Below are positions 7,877-16,459 of a stretch of 24,000 bases of DNA, in pieces. The stretch spans positions 699,630 to 723,629 of the forward strand of contig CAVXXY010000006.1 of assembly GCA_963765905.1 (NCBI GenBank), in the 5' to 3' direction. The notes under the pieces were generated by a model that was not told where the DNA came from, did not search any database, and saw only the letters and a program-made list of their open reading frames with translations. The translations under genes and the position numbers were made by a program. Position 1 is the first letter of the stretch, and each line of letters opens with the position of its first letter. The DNA comes from an uncultured Actinomycetota bacterium (GTDB lineage: Bacteria; Actinomycetota; Actinomycetes; Propionibacteriales; Nocardioidaceae).

Positions 7877-7895
7877 TTAGGTAAGGCTTACCTAA
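7877..7895. promoter_or_regulatory. IdeR/DtxR/DmdR-type iron box
   Basis: TTAGGTAAGGCTTACCTAA is a perfect 19-bp palindrome. It matches the consensus TTAGGTTAGGCTAACCTAA at 17 of 19 positions, and the two mismatches are symmetric. It lies 14 nt upstream of the GTG at 7910 and just upstream of the GGAGG RBS at 7901-7905. Confidence 0.8.
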
Positions 7896-7909
7896 CTTCC
7901 GGAGGCGCA

Positions 7910-9436
7910 GTGCTGTTCAACGCGGACAACGTGGACGAGTACGTCGCCACGCTCAACCGGGGCGTCGAGCATCTCGCGGGGCAGCTGCGCCGGCTCCAGG
8001 GACCGGTCACCGGCGTCACGCCCGAGCAGGCCGAGAAGCTCGTGTACGACGTGGACCTCGACCGCCCGCTCCGTGACACCGACGCGGCGCTCGAGGAGCT
8101 CAGCCGGCTCTACCTGGACGACGCGGCCTGGTTCCACGAGCCGACGTACGCCGCGCACCTGAACTGCCCGGTGGTGATCCCCGCTCTGCTCGGCGAGCTG
8201 TTCGTCTCCTCGGTGAACTCGTCGCTGGACACCTTCGACCAGAGCGTCGGTGGCACCTTCATCGAGCGCAAGCTCGTCGACTGGACCGCGGAGCGCATCG
8301 GCTTCGCCCCCGACACCGCCGACGGCGTCTTCACCAGCGGAGGCTCGCAGTCCAACCTGCAGGCGCTGCTGCTCGCACGCGGGCAGACCGACGCTGCGCT
8401 CGGCAGGGTTCGCATCTTCGCCTCGAGCGACAGCCACTTCAGCGTGGTGAAGTCGGCCACGCTGCTCGGCCTGGACGCCGACGCTGTCGTCAAGGTGCCC
8501 ACGGATGCACGGAGGCGGATGGACGTCGGCGAGCTGGACCGGCTGCTGACCCAGAGCCTCGCACTGGGCCTGACCCCCATGGCGGTCGTCGCGACTGCGG
8601 GCACCACCGACTTCGGCGCGATCGACCCGATGGACCGGATCGCCACCGTCACCGAGAAGCACGGCGTCTGGCTGCACGTCGACGCGGCGTACGGTGGCGG
8701 GCTGCTGGTCTCGAAGCGTCGCCGGCACCTGCTGGCCGGCATCGAGCGCGCGGACTCGGTCACGGTGGACTACCACAAGACCTACTTCCAGCCCGTGTCG
8801 TCGAGCGCGCTCGTGGTGTGCGACGCGGGCACTCTCCGGCACGCGACCTACCACGCCGACTACCTCAACCCGGAGTCAGCCGAGCATCCCAACCAGGTCG
8901 ACAAGAGCCTCCAGACGACAAGGCGGTTCGACGCCCTGAAGCTCTGGATGACGCTGCGGATCATGGGGGGCGGCCAGGTCGGTGACTACTTCGACGCGGC
9001 GATCGACCTCGCCCACGAGGTGTACGACGTGCTCCTGACCGACCCCGACTTCGAGGTCGCGGCCCCGCCGACGCTGTCGACGCTGGTCTTCCGGTACCGC
9101 CCGCCGCGGGTGTCGGAGGACTGGGCCGACGAGCTCAACCCGAGACTGCGCTCGGCCCTCTTCGCCGGAGGCTCCGCGGTGGTGGCCGGCACGACGTTCG
9201 AGGGCCGGTCCTGGCTGAAGTTCACCCTGCTCAACCCCGAGGCGAAGCTCGCCGACCTCCTCGGCGTCGTCGACACCCTGCGTGGGATCGGCCATGAGCT
9301 CTCGACCGCTGGTCGAGCAGGTGGCGAGCCGCTGGGCGAGCCACCGTCCGTCGAGACCAACCAAGGCGACGTGCGGTCATTGGTCTCGACGGACGTTCGC
9401 TCCGCTCACTGCTCGACCAGCGTCGGGCGTTCCTGA
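7910..9436 (+). CDS. PLP-dependent group II decarboxylase (DesA/DfoJ-like lysine, ornithine or 2,4-diaminobutyrate decarboxylase for siderophore diamine supply)
   Basis: 508 aa. Motifs are [23 protein letters not shown] and DYHKTYFQP (PLP lysine). About 45 C-terminal residues look like a non-conserved tail. Confidence 0.9.
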   Translation: MLFNADNVDEYVATLNRGVEHLAGQLRRLQGPVTGVTPEQAEKLVYDVDLDRPLRDTDAALEELSRLYLDDAAWFHEPTYAAHLNCPVVIPALLGELFVSSVNSSLDTFDQSVGGTFIERKLVDWTAERIGFAPDTADGVFTSGGSQSNLQALLLARGQTDAALGRVRIFASSDSHFSVVKSATLLGLDADAVVKVPTDARRRMDVGELDRLLTQSLALGLTPMAVVATAGTTDFGAIDPMDRIATVTEKHGVWLHVDAAYGGGLLVSKRRRHLLAGIERADSVTVDYHKTYFQPVSSSALVVCDAGTLRHATYHADYLNPESAEHPNQVDKSLQTTRRFDALKLWMTLRIMGGGQVGDYFDAAIDLAHEVYDVLLTDPDFEVAAPPTLSTLVFRYRPPRVSEDWADELNPRLRSALFAGGSAVVAGTTFEGRSWLKFTLLNPEAKLADLLGVVDTLRGIGHELSTAGRAGGEPLGEPPSVETNQGDVRSLVSTDVRSAHCSTSVGRS

Positions 9437-10740
9437 TGCACACCCAGGACTTCATCGGCATCGGCCTGGGACCGTTCAACCTGGGGCTCGCCTGCCTGAC
9501 CGATCCGATCGACGAGCTCGACGGCGTCTTCCTCGAGGCGCAGCCGCAGTTCGACTGGCACCCAGGGATGATGCTGCCCGAGGCAACCTTGCAGGTGCCG
9601 TTCCTGGCCGACCTGGTGACGATGGCGGACCCGACCTCGCCGTACTCCTTCCTCAGCTACCTCAAGGAGTCGGGGCGGCTCTACTCGTTCTACATCCGCG
9701 AGTCGTTCTACCCGCTTCGTGCCGAGTACAACCGGTACTGCCAGTGGGCTGCCGCCAAGCTCGACAACGTCCGGTTCGGCACTCGCGTGACCAGGGTCGA
9801 GCACGAAGGCGAGGCCTACGTCGTGCACGCGGTCGACGACCGCACGGGCCGCACCGAGTGCTTCAGAGGTCGCAAGCTCGTGCTGGGCGTCGGCACGAAG
9901 CCGGTCGTGCCCAACGCCCTAAGGAACGCCGGCGGGCCGTGGGTGCACTCGGCCCGCTACCTGGAGCACAAGGAGTCGCTGCAGCGGAAGCAGTCGATCA
10001 CGATCGTCGGAAGCGGACAGTCGGCGGCGGAGATCTACCTCGACCTGCTCGGCGACATCGAGTCGTTCGGCTACTCGCTCAACTGGGTCACCCGGTCGCC
10101 GCGCTTCTTCCCCATGGAGTACACCAAGCTCACCCTCGAGATGACCTCGCCGGAGTACACCGCTTACTTCCAGTCGCTCGACCGGGAGACCCGTGCCCGG
10201 CTGGTCAACGAGCAGAAGGGCCTCTACAAGGGGATCAGCGGCGACCTGATCGACACCATCTTCGACACGCTCTACCAGAAGCAGGTGTACGGCGAGGTCC
10301 CGACGCTGCTGCTCACCAACACTGCCCTGGTCACCGCCGAGTGGGACGGCACGTCGTACCGCCTCGGACTGGTGCACGAGGAGCAGAAGCAGCCGATGGA
10401 GCTCGAGACCGACGGCCTCGTGCTGGCCACCGGCTATGCCGCACGCACCCCCTCGTTCGTCGACCCGATCCGCGACCGGATCCGGTGGGACGAGCGCGGT
10501 CGCTTCGCGGCCGGGCCGACGTACGCCGTCGACGGTCCGCCCGAGAGCTCAACCCCGACGATCTTCGTGCAGAACGCCGAGGAGCACACCCACGGGTTCG
10601 TCGCCCCCGACCTGGGCATGGGCGCCTACCGCAACTCGGTGATCATCGCCTCGCTGCTGGGCCGCGAGGTCTACCCGGTCGAGAAGCGGGTCGCCTTCCA
10701 GCACTTCGGGGTGCCCGACTCGCTGCGGGTGGGCCCGTGA
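9436..10740 (+). CDS. lysine N6-hydroxylase / L-ornithine N5-oxygenase family flavin monooxygenase (DesB/DfoA/IucD/AlcA-like)
   Basis: 434 aa. Motifs are [14 protein letters not shown] (FAD), [12 protein letters not shown] (NADPH) and LATGY. Its start overlaps the upstream stop as TGATG. Confidence 0.9.
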   Translation: MHTQDFIGIGLGPFNLGLACLTDPIDELDGVFLEAQPQFDWHPGMMLPEATLQVPFLADLVTMADPTSPYSFLSYLKESGRLYSFYIRESFYPLRAEYNRYCQWAAAKLDNVRFGTRVTRVEHEGEAYVVHAVDDRTGRTECFRGRKLVLGVGTKPVVPNALRNAGGPWVHSARYLEHKESLQRKQSITIVGSGQSAAEIYLDLLGDIESFGYSLNWVTRSPRFFPMEYTKLTLEMTSPEYTAYFQSLDRETRARLVNEQKGLYKGISGDLIDTIFDTLYQKQVYGEVPTLLLTNTALVTAEWDGTSYRLGLVHEEQKQPMELETDGLVLATGYAARTPSFVDPIRDRIRWDERGRFAAGPTYAVDGPPESSTPTIFVQNAEEHTHGFVAPDLGMGAYRNSVIIASLLGREVYPVEKRVAFQHFGVPDSLRVGP

Positions 10741-12869
10741 CGGCCTCGACCGGCGCGACCATCGAGCTGCTGGCGCTCGACCTCGAGCGCCACCTGCCGC
10801 TCCTCCACGCCTGGGTCACCCACCCGCGGGCGGTCTACTGGGGGATGCAGGGTGCGTCGATCGGCGACGTGCGGGAGGAGTACGCCCGCATCGACGCCGA
10901 CCCGCACCACGACGCGTTCCTCGGATACGTCGGCGGCGAGCCCGCGGTCCTCGCCGAGGTCTACGACCCCGCGCACAGCGAGCTCGCCGACCACGTCCGG
11001 CCCGGCGACGTCGGGATGCACGTGCTGGTCGCCCCGCCCGAGGGTGAGCCCCGGCACGGCTTCACCCTCGCGATCCTGCAGGCGGTGATGTGGCACTGCT
11101 TCGCCCCGGCCGAAGTCCGCCGCGTCGTGGTCGAGCCCGACGTACGCAATGACAAGATCGCCCGGCTCAACGCCGCTGTCGGCTTCCGGGTCGCTCGAGA
11201 GATCCCGCTGAAGGGCAAGACCGCCGCTCTCTCGTTCGCCACGCGTGAGGCCTTCCTGCTGACCCTCGCCCAGCGCAACCTGGTCGCCAAGGCGATCGCC
11301 GAGTTCGCCCACGAGCGCATCGTCACGCCCCAGCCGCACGGCGACGGCTGGTTCGGTCTGGGCGACTACCGGTTCCGGGCTCGGGTGCACCCGCTGGAGC
11401 ACTGGGTGGTCGACCCGCTGTCGCTGCCGGAGGGGGTCGACGCGCAGCGGTTCGTCCTCGAGCACGGCCCGGTGCCGGACGCGCTCATGCCGACGTACCT
11501 GGAGGAGATCGCGAGCACTCTCGCCGCGTCGATGTGGAAGCTGGAGCACTCCACTCAGACCGCCGACGAGCTGGTGCACGCGGACTTCCAGACCATCGAG
11601 TCCGCGATGACCGAGGGCCACCCGGCCTTCGTCGCCAACAACGGCCGGATCGGGTTCGGCACCGACGACTACACGTCGTACGCCCCCGAGTGCGGCCAGG
11701 ACCTCGAGCTGGTCTGGGTCGCGTGCCGCCGCGACAAGACGGTCTTCTCCCTCGGCAGGGACGTCGACCCGAAGAGCCTGTACGACGAGGGCGAGGTCGA
11801 CCCGGACTTCGTGGTGCTGCCCGTGCACCCCTGGCAGTGGAAGAACAAGGTCTCGGTCACGTTCGCGCCCGACGTCGCCCGCGGCGATCTCGTCCATCTC
11901 GGCACCAGCCGCGACCGGTTCCGTGCCCAGCAGTCGATCCGCACCTTCTTCAACGTGAGCAGGCCGGAGCGGCACTACGTCAAGACGGCCCTGTCGATCC
12001 AGAACATGGGCTTCATGCGTGGCCTCTCGCCGCGCTACATGGAGGCGACGCCGGCTATCAACGACTGGGTCGCCGACGTCGTCGAGCAGGACCCGGTCCT
12101 GCGCGACCTGGGTTTCGGCGTGCTCCGCGAGCTCGCGGCGGGCGGCTACCGTGGCGACGCCTACCACCTCGTCGAGCGGCCGAACGCACACCAGAAGATG
12201 ATCTCCGCCCTGTGGCGGGAGAGCCCCCTCCCCCGGCTCGCGCCCGGAGAGCGGGTCGCCACCATGGCCTCGCTGCTGCACCGCGACCGCTCCGGCAAGG
12301 CGCTGGTGACCGCCCTGATCCGCGAGTCGGGACGTGCGCCCGCCGTGTGGCTGCGGTCGTACCTCCGGGCCTACGTCACGCCGATCGTGCACTGCCTCTA
12401 CCGCTACGACCTCGCGTTCATGCCGCACGGCGAGAACCTGATCCTGGTGCTGGAGGACCACGTCCCGACCCGGGTGTTCATGAAGGACATCGGCGAGGAG
12501 ATCGCGGTGATGGGCGACCTGCCGCTGCCTGCGGCGGTGGAGCGGGTCCGGGGCTCGTTCCCCGACGACGTGAAGGCGCTCGCTCTGCACACCGACGTCC
12601 TCGACGGCTTCCTGCGCTACCTCGGGGCGATCCTTGCCGACGACGGGGTGATCGGCTCGGACGCGTTCTGGACGCTGGTCCGCGAGGCCGTGCTCGACCA
12701 GGACCCGGAGCTGAAGGAGTCCGCCGAGCGCTACGACCTGCTGCGCCGGGAGTTCCGGCACTCCTGCCTGAACCGCCTCCAGCTGCGCAACACGCTGAGC
12801 ATGGTGGACCTCTCCGACCAGGCCGAGTCACTCATCTTCGCCGGAAGCCTGGTAAACCCGATCGCATGA
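10737..12869 (+). CDS. fused N-hydroxydiamine acyltransferase (IucB/DesC-type GNAT) :: IucA/IucC-family NIS siderophore synthetase (DfoC/BibC-like)
   Basis: GTG at 10737 overlaps the upstream TGA as GTGA. The N-terminal ~175 aa carry [15 protein letters not shown] and VVVEPDVRN (acyltransferase). From about nt 11262 the sequence is IucA/IucC-like, with [19 protein letters not shown] and [11 protein letters not shown]. The upstream part of the 1195-aa track ORF is rejected. Confidence 0.85.
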   Translation: MTASTGATIELLALDLERHLPLLHAWVTHPRAVYWGMQGASIGDVREEYARIDADPHHDAFLGYVGGEPAVLAEVYDPAHSELADHVRPGDVGMHVLVAPPEGEPRHGFTLAILQAVMWHCFAPAEVRRVVVEPDVRNDKIARLNAAVGFRVAREIPLKGKTAALSFATREAFLLTLAQRNLVAKAIAEFAHERIVTPQPHGDGWFGLGDYRFRARVHPLEHWVVDPLSLPEGVDAQRFVLEHGPVPDALMPTYLEEIASTLAASMWKLEHSTQTADELVHADFQTIESAMTEGHPAFVANNGRIGFGTDDYTSYAPECGQDLELVWVACRRDKTVFSLGRDVDPKSLYDEGEVDPDFVVLPVHPWQWKNKVSVTFAPDVARGDLVHLGTSRDRFRAQQSIRTFFNVSRPERHYVKTALSIQNMGFMRGLSPRYMEATPAINDWVADVVEQDPVLRDLGFGVLRELAAGGYRGDAYHLVERPNAHQKMISALWRESPLPRLAPGERVATMASLLHRDRSGKALVTALIRESGRAPAVWLRSYLRAYVTPIVHCLYRYDLAFMPHGENLILVLEDHVPTRVFMKDIGEEIAVMGDLPLPAAVERVRGSFPDDVKALALHTDVLDGFLRYLGAILADDGVIGSDAFWTLVREAVLDQDPELKESAERYDLLRREFRHSCLNRLQLRNTLSMVDLSDQAESLIFAGSLVNPIA

Positions 12870-14752
12870 CCTCCTACGAGATCTTCCGCGACGCCTACGG
12901 CATCCCGCACGTCCGAGCCGGCTCGGTGCCGGACCTCGCCCACGGGCAGGGCGTGGCGACGGCCCGGGACCGCGCCTGGCAGCTCGACCTCGAGCGGCTG
13001 CGCGGCGAGGGCCGCGTCGCCTCGCTCCTGGGCGAGCCCGGCGTCGAGTGGGACGTCTTCGCACGACGGGCCCGGATCGCGGAGACGGCCCAGCGGTCGT
13101 TCGCGCTGCTCGACGCCGAGACCCAGGAGTTCGTCTCGGCGTACGTCGACGGGGTGAACGCCGGCCTGGGCTCGAGCAACGCGTCGGTGGAGCATGCCGC
13201 ACTCGACGCCACGCCCGGCCGCTGGGAGCCGTGGGCACCGCTGTCGGTCTTCCTCGTGCAGCAGATCCTCTTCGCGACCTACCCCTCCAAGCTGTGGCGC
13301 CAGCACCTCGTGGACACCATCGGCCCGGAGGCGCTGGGGTGGTTCCGGCAAGAGGGCATGCCCCTCTCCGGTAGCAACGCGTTCGCGGTCGCGGGTGGCC
13401 GGACGCGCTCGGGGAAGCCGCTGGTCGCCGGTGACCCGCACCGGCTCTTCGAGGCGCCGAACGTCTATGCGCAGGTGCGGCTGGCCTGCCCCGAGTTCGA
13501 CGTGGTCGGCTTCACCTTCCCCGGCGTCCCTGGCGTGCAGCACTTCGGACACACCGGCAGCGTGGCCTGGGCCATCACCAACGCGATGGCCGACTACCAG
13601 GACCTCTTCGTCGAGGAGGACCTGACCCACGCCGAGACGCACCTCGAGGAGATCGAGGTCCGCGACGGCGACCCCGTGGAGGTCGACGTCACGATCACCC
13701 CGCGCGGCCCGATCGTGGTCGACCACTTCAGCCTGCGCACCGCGTCGTACGTCTGCGAGGACCTCGGCTTCGGGGCGATCCTGCCGCTGCTGCGCGCCCG
13801 CACGACCGCCGACGTCGACGCCGCGATGGCGCACTGGGTCGAGCCGGTCAACAACGTCGTGATCGCCGACGACCAGGGCACCGTGCTGCACCGGGTCGCC
13901 GGCAAGGTCCCGGTGCGGCCTCTGGAGAACCGCACCCTCCCCGCGCCGGTCGGGAACGAGTGGACCGGCTGGGTCACCGACCTCCCGCGCACGACCGTGG
14001 CGGACGACGGGTTCGTCGTCACCGCCAACCAGAGGCTGTCCCCCGACTACGTCCGGATCGGCGACGACTTCGCGCGGACGGACCGCGCCGACCGGATCAC
14101 CGAGCTGCTCGGCGAGCGCACCGACCTCGCTGTCGACGACCTCGCGGGGATCCTCACCGACACCTGGAGCCGCAAGGCCGGAGGACGCATGGAGGACGTG
14201 GGCGAGGAGTACGTCGCGCACCGGGACGCCCTCGTCGCGGAGGTCGCTGCTCGACCCGAGATCGCCCGGCTGGACGGCGCCGCGCCGTACGGCGAGCTCT
14301 ACGATCCCTGGTTCTTCCTGCCGCTGCGCATCGCCAAGGCGCTGCCCACCGCATCAGTGGTCTCGACGGACGGCTCGCAAGCTCGCCTGCTCGACCAGCG
14401 TGGGGCAGTCTCCTGGCCGAAGCTGTTCCACCCCCTCCACGGGCTCGAGCAGCTCGGCGTCGAGCACCCTCTCGTCGATGCCCTGCACAAGAGCACGGCG
14501 GTCCCGGTCTACGGCGACAACGACTGCGTGCAGGCGATGCACTCGATCCCCGGCTCGCCGGTGTGCAGCCGCGGTCCGGTCGCACGCTACGTGTGGGACC
14601 TGGCCGACCGCTCCAACAGCCACTGGGTGGTGCCGCTCGGCGCGTCCGGCGTACCGGGGCCGCATCACCACGACCAGCTGGACCTCTGGGCGAACGGCCG
14701 GCTCGCGCCGGTGGTCACCGACTGGGACCGACTCGAGAAGGAAGAACCATGA
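12866..14752 (+). CDS. penicillin acylase family (S45, Ntn hydrolase) protein with no signal peptide
   Basis: ATG at 12866 overlaps the upstream stop as ATGA. The N-terminus is [20 protein letters not shown]...GQGVATARDRAWQLD. The predicted autoprocessing site and nucleophile is G-S(170)NAFAV...GKPLVAGDPH. No hydrophobic leader is present. Confidence 0.85.
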   Translation: MTSYEIFRDAYGIPHVRAGSVPDLAHGQGVATARDRAWQLDLERLRGEGRVASLLGEPGVEWDVFARRARIAETAQRSFALLDAETQEFVSAYVDGVNAGLGSSNASVEHAALDATPGRWEPWAPLSVFLVQQILFATYPSKLWRQHLVDTIGPEALGWFRQEGMPLSGSNAFAVAGGRTRSGKPLVAGDPHRLFEAPNVYAQVRLACPEFDVVGFTFPGVPGVQHFGHTGSVAWAITNAMADYQDLFVEEDLTHAETHLEEIEVRDGDPVEVDVTITPRGPIVVDHFSLRTASYVCEDLGFGAILPLLRARTTADVDAAMAHWVEPVNNVVIADDQGTVLHRVAGKVPVRPLENRTLPAPVGNEWTGWVTDLPRTTVADDGFVVTANQRLSPDYVRIGDDFARTDRADRITELLGERTDLAVDDLAGILTDTWSRKAGGRMEDVGEEYVAHRDALVAEVAARPEIARLDGAAPYGELYDPWFFLPLRIAKALPTASVVSTDGSQARLLDQRGAVSWPKLFHPLHGLEQLGVEHPLVDALHKSTAVPVYGDNDCVQAMHSIPGSPVCSRGPVARYVWDLADRSNSHWVVPLGASGVPGPHHHDQLDLWANGRLAPVVTDWDRLEKEEP

Positions 14753-15267
14753 GCGTCAGCCACCGACCCGTCGAGCCTCGCCGCGACTCCGACCTGCTGC
14801 ACGGTTGGGTCACGCAGGACCGTGCGACGTTCTGGGGCATGACCGAGACCACCCGCGACGAGGTCGAGGAGATCTATACCTACATCCAGTCGCAGGAGCA
14901 CCTCGCCGCCTACCTGGTGCACTGGGACGACCAGCCCGTTGCGCTCTACCAGACCTACGACCCGGCCGTCGACGAGATCGGTGAGCACTACGACCGAGAG
15001 CCCGGTGACCTCGGCGCGCACTTCTTCATGGCGCCGGACAAGAGGCCGTGGACGGGCTCGGTGATCCGCTACATCCTCGAGCAGCTGTTCGCGCCGTCCG
15101 CGACGTCGCGCGTCGTCGTGGAGCCGGACGCGCGCAACGCGCGGGCGGTCGGGCTGATGCGCAGGATCGGCTTCGAGCTCGGCCCGCGGGTGGAGCTGCC
15201 GCACAAGCCGGCGCAGTTCGCCTTCTTGACCAGGGCGGCGTACGACGGACTGACGCTGAGCGTCTAA
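14749..15267 (+). CDS. stand-alone IucB/DesC-type siderophore acyltransferase (GNAT, Acetyltransf_8-like)
   Basis: ATG at 14749 overlaps the upstream stop as ATGA. The 172-aa protein has LHGWVTQDRATFWGM and VVVEPDARN. It is a paralogue of the N-terminal domain of the 10737-12869 product. Confidence 0.85.
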   Translation: MSVSHRPVEPRRDSDLLHGWVTQDRATFWGMTETTRDEVEEIYTYIQSQEHLAAYLVHWDDQPVALYQTYDPAVDEIGEHYDREPGDLGAHFFMAPDKRPWTGSVIRYILEQLFAPSATSRVVVEPDARNARAVGLMRRIGFELGPRVELPHKPAQFAFLTRAAYDGLTLSV

Positions 15268-15341
15268 TGCCTGACACTGTCCAGACGCCAGCCGAGTGCG
15301 TTTGGTTCGTCGGAATAGACAGGAGGCGCCAACGGTTCGTA

Positions 15342-15359
15342 TAGTTGAAACGTCAACTA
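15342..15359. promoter_or_regulatory. inverted repeat TAGTTGA-AACG-TCAACTA abutting the RBS of the LLM monooxygenase gene
   Basis: Perfect 7-bp arms with a 4-nt spacer. It ends at the AAGGAG RBS (15359-15364), 15 nt before the ATG at 15374. A GGTTCGT direct repeat lies at 15304-15310 and 15334-15340. Confidence 0.3.
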
Positions 15360-15373
15360 AGGAGTGAGCGGCA

Positions 15374-16459
15374 ATGCAGTTCGGCATCTTCACCGTCGGC
15401 GATGTGACCCCCGACCCCACCACCGGGCGTACGCCGACCGAGCACGAGCGCATCAAGGCGACCATCGAGATCGCCAAGAAGGCCGAGGAGGTCGGGCTCG
15501 ACGTCTTCGCCACGGGCGAGCACCACAACCCGCCGTTCGCCGCCCCCGCCAACCCGCCGGTGCTGCTGGGCAACATCGCGGCGCAGACCTCGAGGCTCAT
15601 CCTCTCGACGAGCACGACGCTGATCACCACGAACGACCCGGTCCGCATCGCGCAGGACTACGCCTACCTTCAGCACCTCTCCGATGGCCGGATGGACCTG
15701 ATGATGGGCCGTGGCAACACCGGCCCGGTCTACCCATGGTTCGGCAAGGACATCCGCGAGGGCATCGCGCTGGCGATCGAGAACTACCACCTGCTGCACC
15801 GGCTCTGGCGCGAGGACGTCGTCGACTGGGAGGGCAAGTTCCGTACGCCGCTGCAGGGGTTCACCTCGACGCCGCGACCGCTGGACGGCGTACCCCCGTT
15901 CATCTGGCACGGCTCGATCCGCTCCCCCGAGATCGCCGAGCAGGCGGCGTACTACGGCGACGGGTTCTTCGCCAACCACATCTTCTGGCCGGCGTCGCAC
16001 ACCCAGCAGATGGTCGGGCTCTACCGTGAGCGCTACGAGCACTACGGCCACGGCTCCGCCGACCAGGCGATCGTCGGGCTCGGCGGCCAGATCTTCATGC
16101 GCCAGAACAGCCAGGACGCGGTCAACGAGTTCCGGCCGTACTTCGACAACGCCCCGGTCTACGGCAACGGTCCCTCGCTGGAGGACTTCATGGCCCAGAC
16201 GCCGCTGACCGTCGGGTCGCCGCAGCAGGTGGTCGAGCGGACGCTCTCCTTCCGGGAGTACGTCGGCGACTACCAGCGCCAGCTGTTCCTCCTCGACCAC
16301 GCCGGGCTCCCGCTGAAGACCGTGCTCGAGCAGCTCGACCTGCTCGGCGAGATCCTCCCCGCCCTGCGGGCCGGGTTCGCCGAGGGCCGGCCGGCGCACG
16401 TGCCCGACGCCCCCACCCACCAGTCGCTGCTCGCCACCGCGCAGGAGGTCACCGCATGA
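15374..16459 (+). CDS. LLM-class (luciferase-like) FMN-dependent oxidoreductase, probably the CE1758-type family
   Basis: 361 aa. The N-terminus MQFGIFTVGDVTPDPTTGRTPTEHERI...GLDVFATGEHHNPPF and the later LMMGRGN motif are typical of luciferase-like monooxygenases. The gene is coupled to an FMN reductase gene. Confidence 0.85.
   Translation: MQFGIFTVGDVTPDPTTGRTPTEHERIKATIEIAKKAEEVGLDVFATGEHHNPPFAAPANPPVLLGNIAAQTSRLILSTSTTLITTNDPVRIAQDYAYLQHLSDGRMDLMMGRGNTGPVYPWFGKDIREGIALAIENYHLLHRLWREDVVDWEGKFRTPLQGFTSTPRPLDGVPPFIWHGSIRSPEIAEQAAYYGDGFFANHIFWPASHTQQMVGLYRERYEHYGHGSADQAIVGLGGQIFMRQNSQDAVNEFRPYFDNAPVYGNGPSLEDFMAQTPLTVGSPQQVVERTLSFREYVGDYQRQLFLLDHAGLPLKTVLEQLDLLGEILPALRAGFAEGRPAHVPDAPTHQSLLATAQEVTA

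Noticed and set aside
9282-10736. N-terminal 485 aa of the 1195-aa ORF, which would make a giant protein ending in the IucA/IucC domain.
   Set aside because: This part overlaps the well-supported decarboxylase and monooxygenase genes in other frames and is Arg/Pro-rich noise. Homology begins right after the in-frame GTG at 10737, which forms a GTGA overlap with the upstream stop. The same logic applies to 11534-12865, 13960-14748 and 19253-20227.
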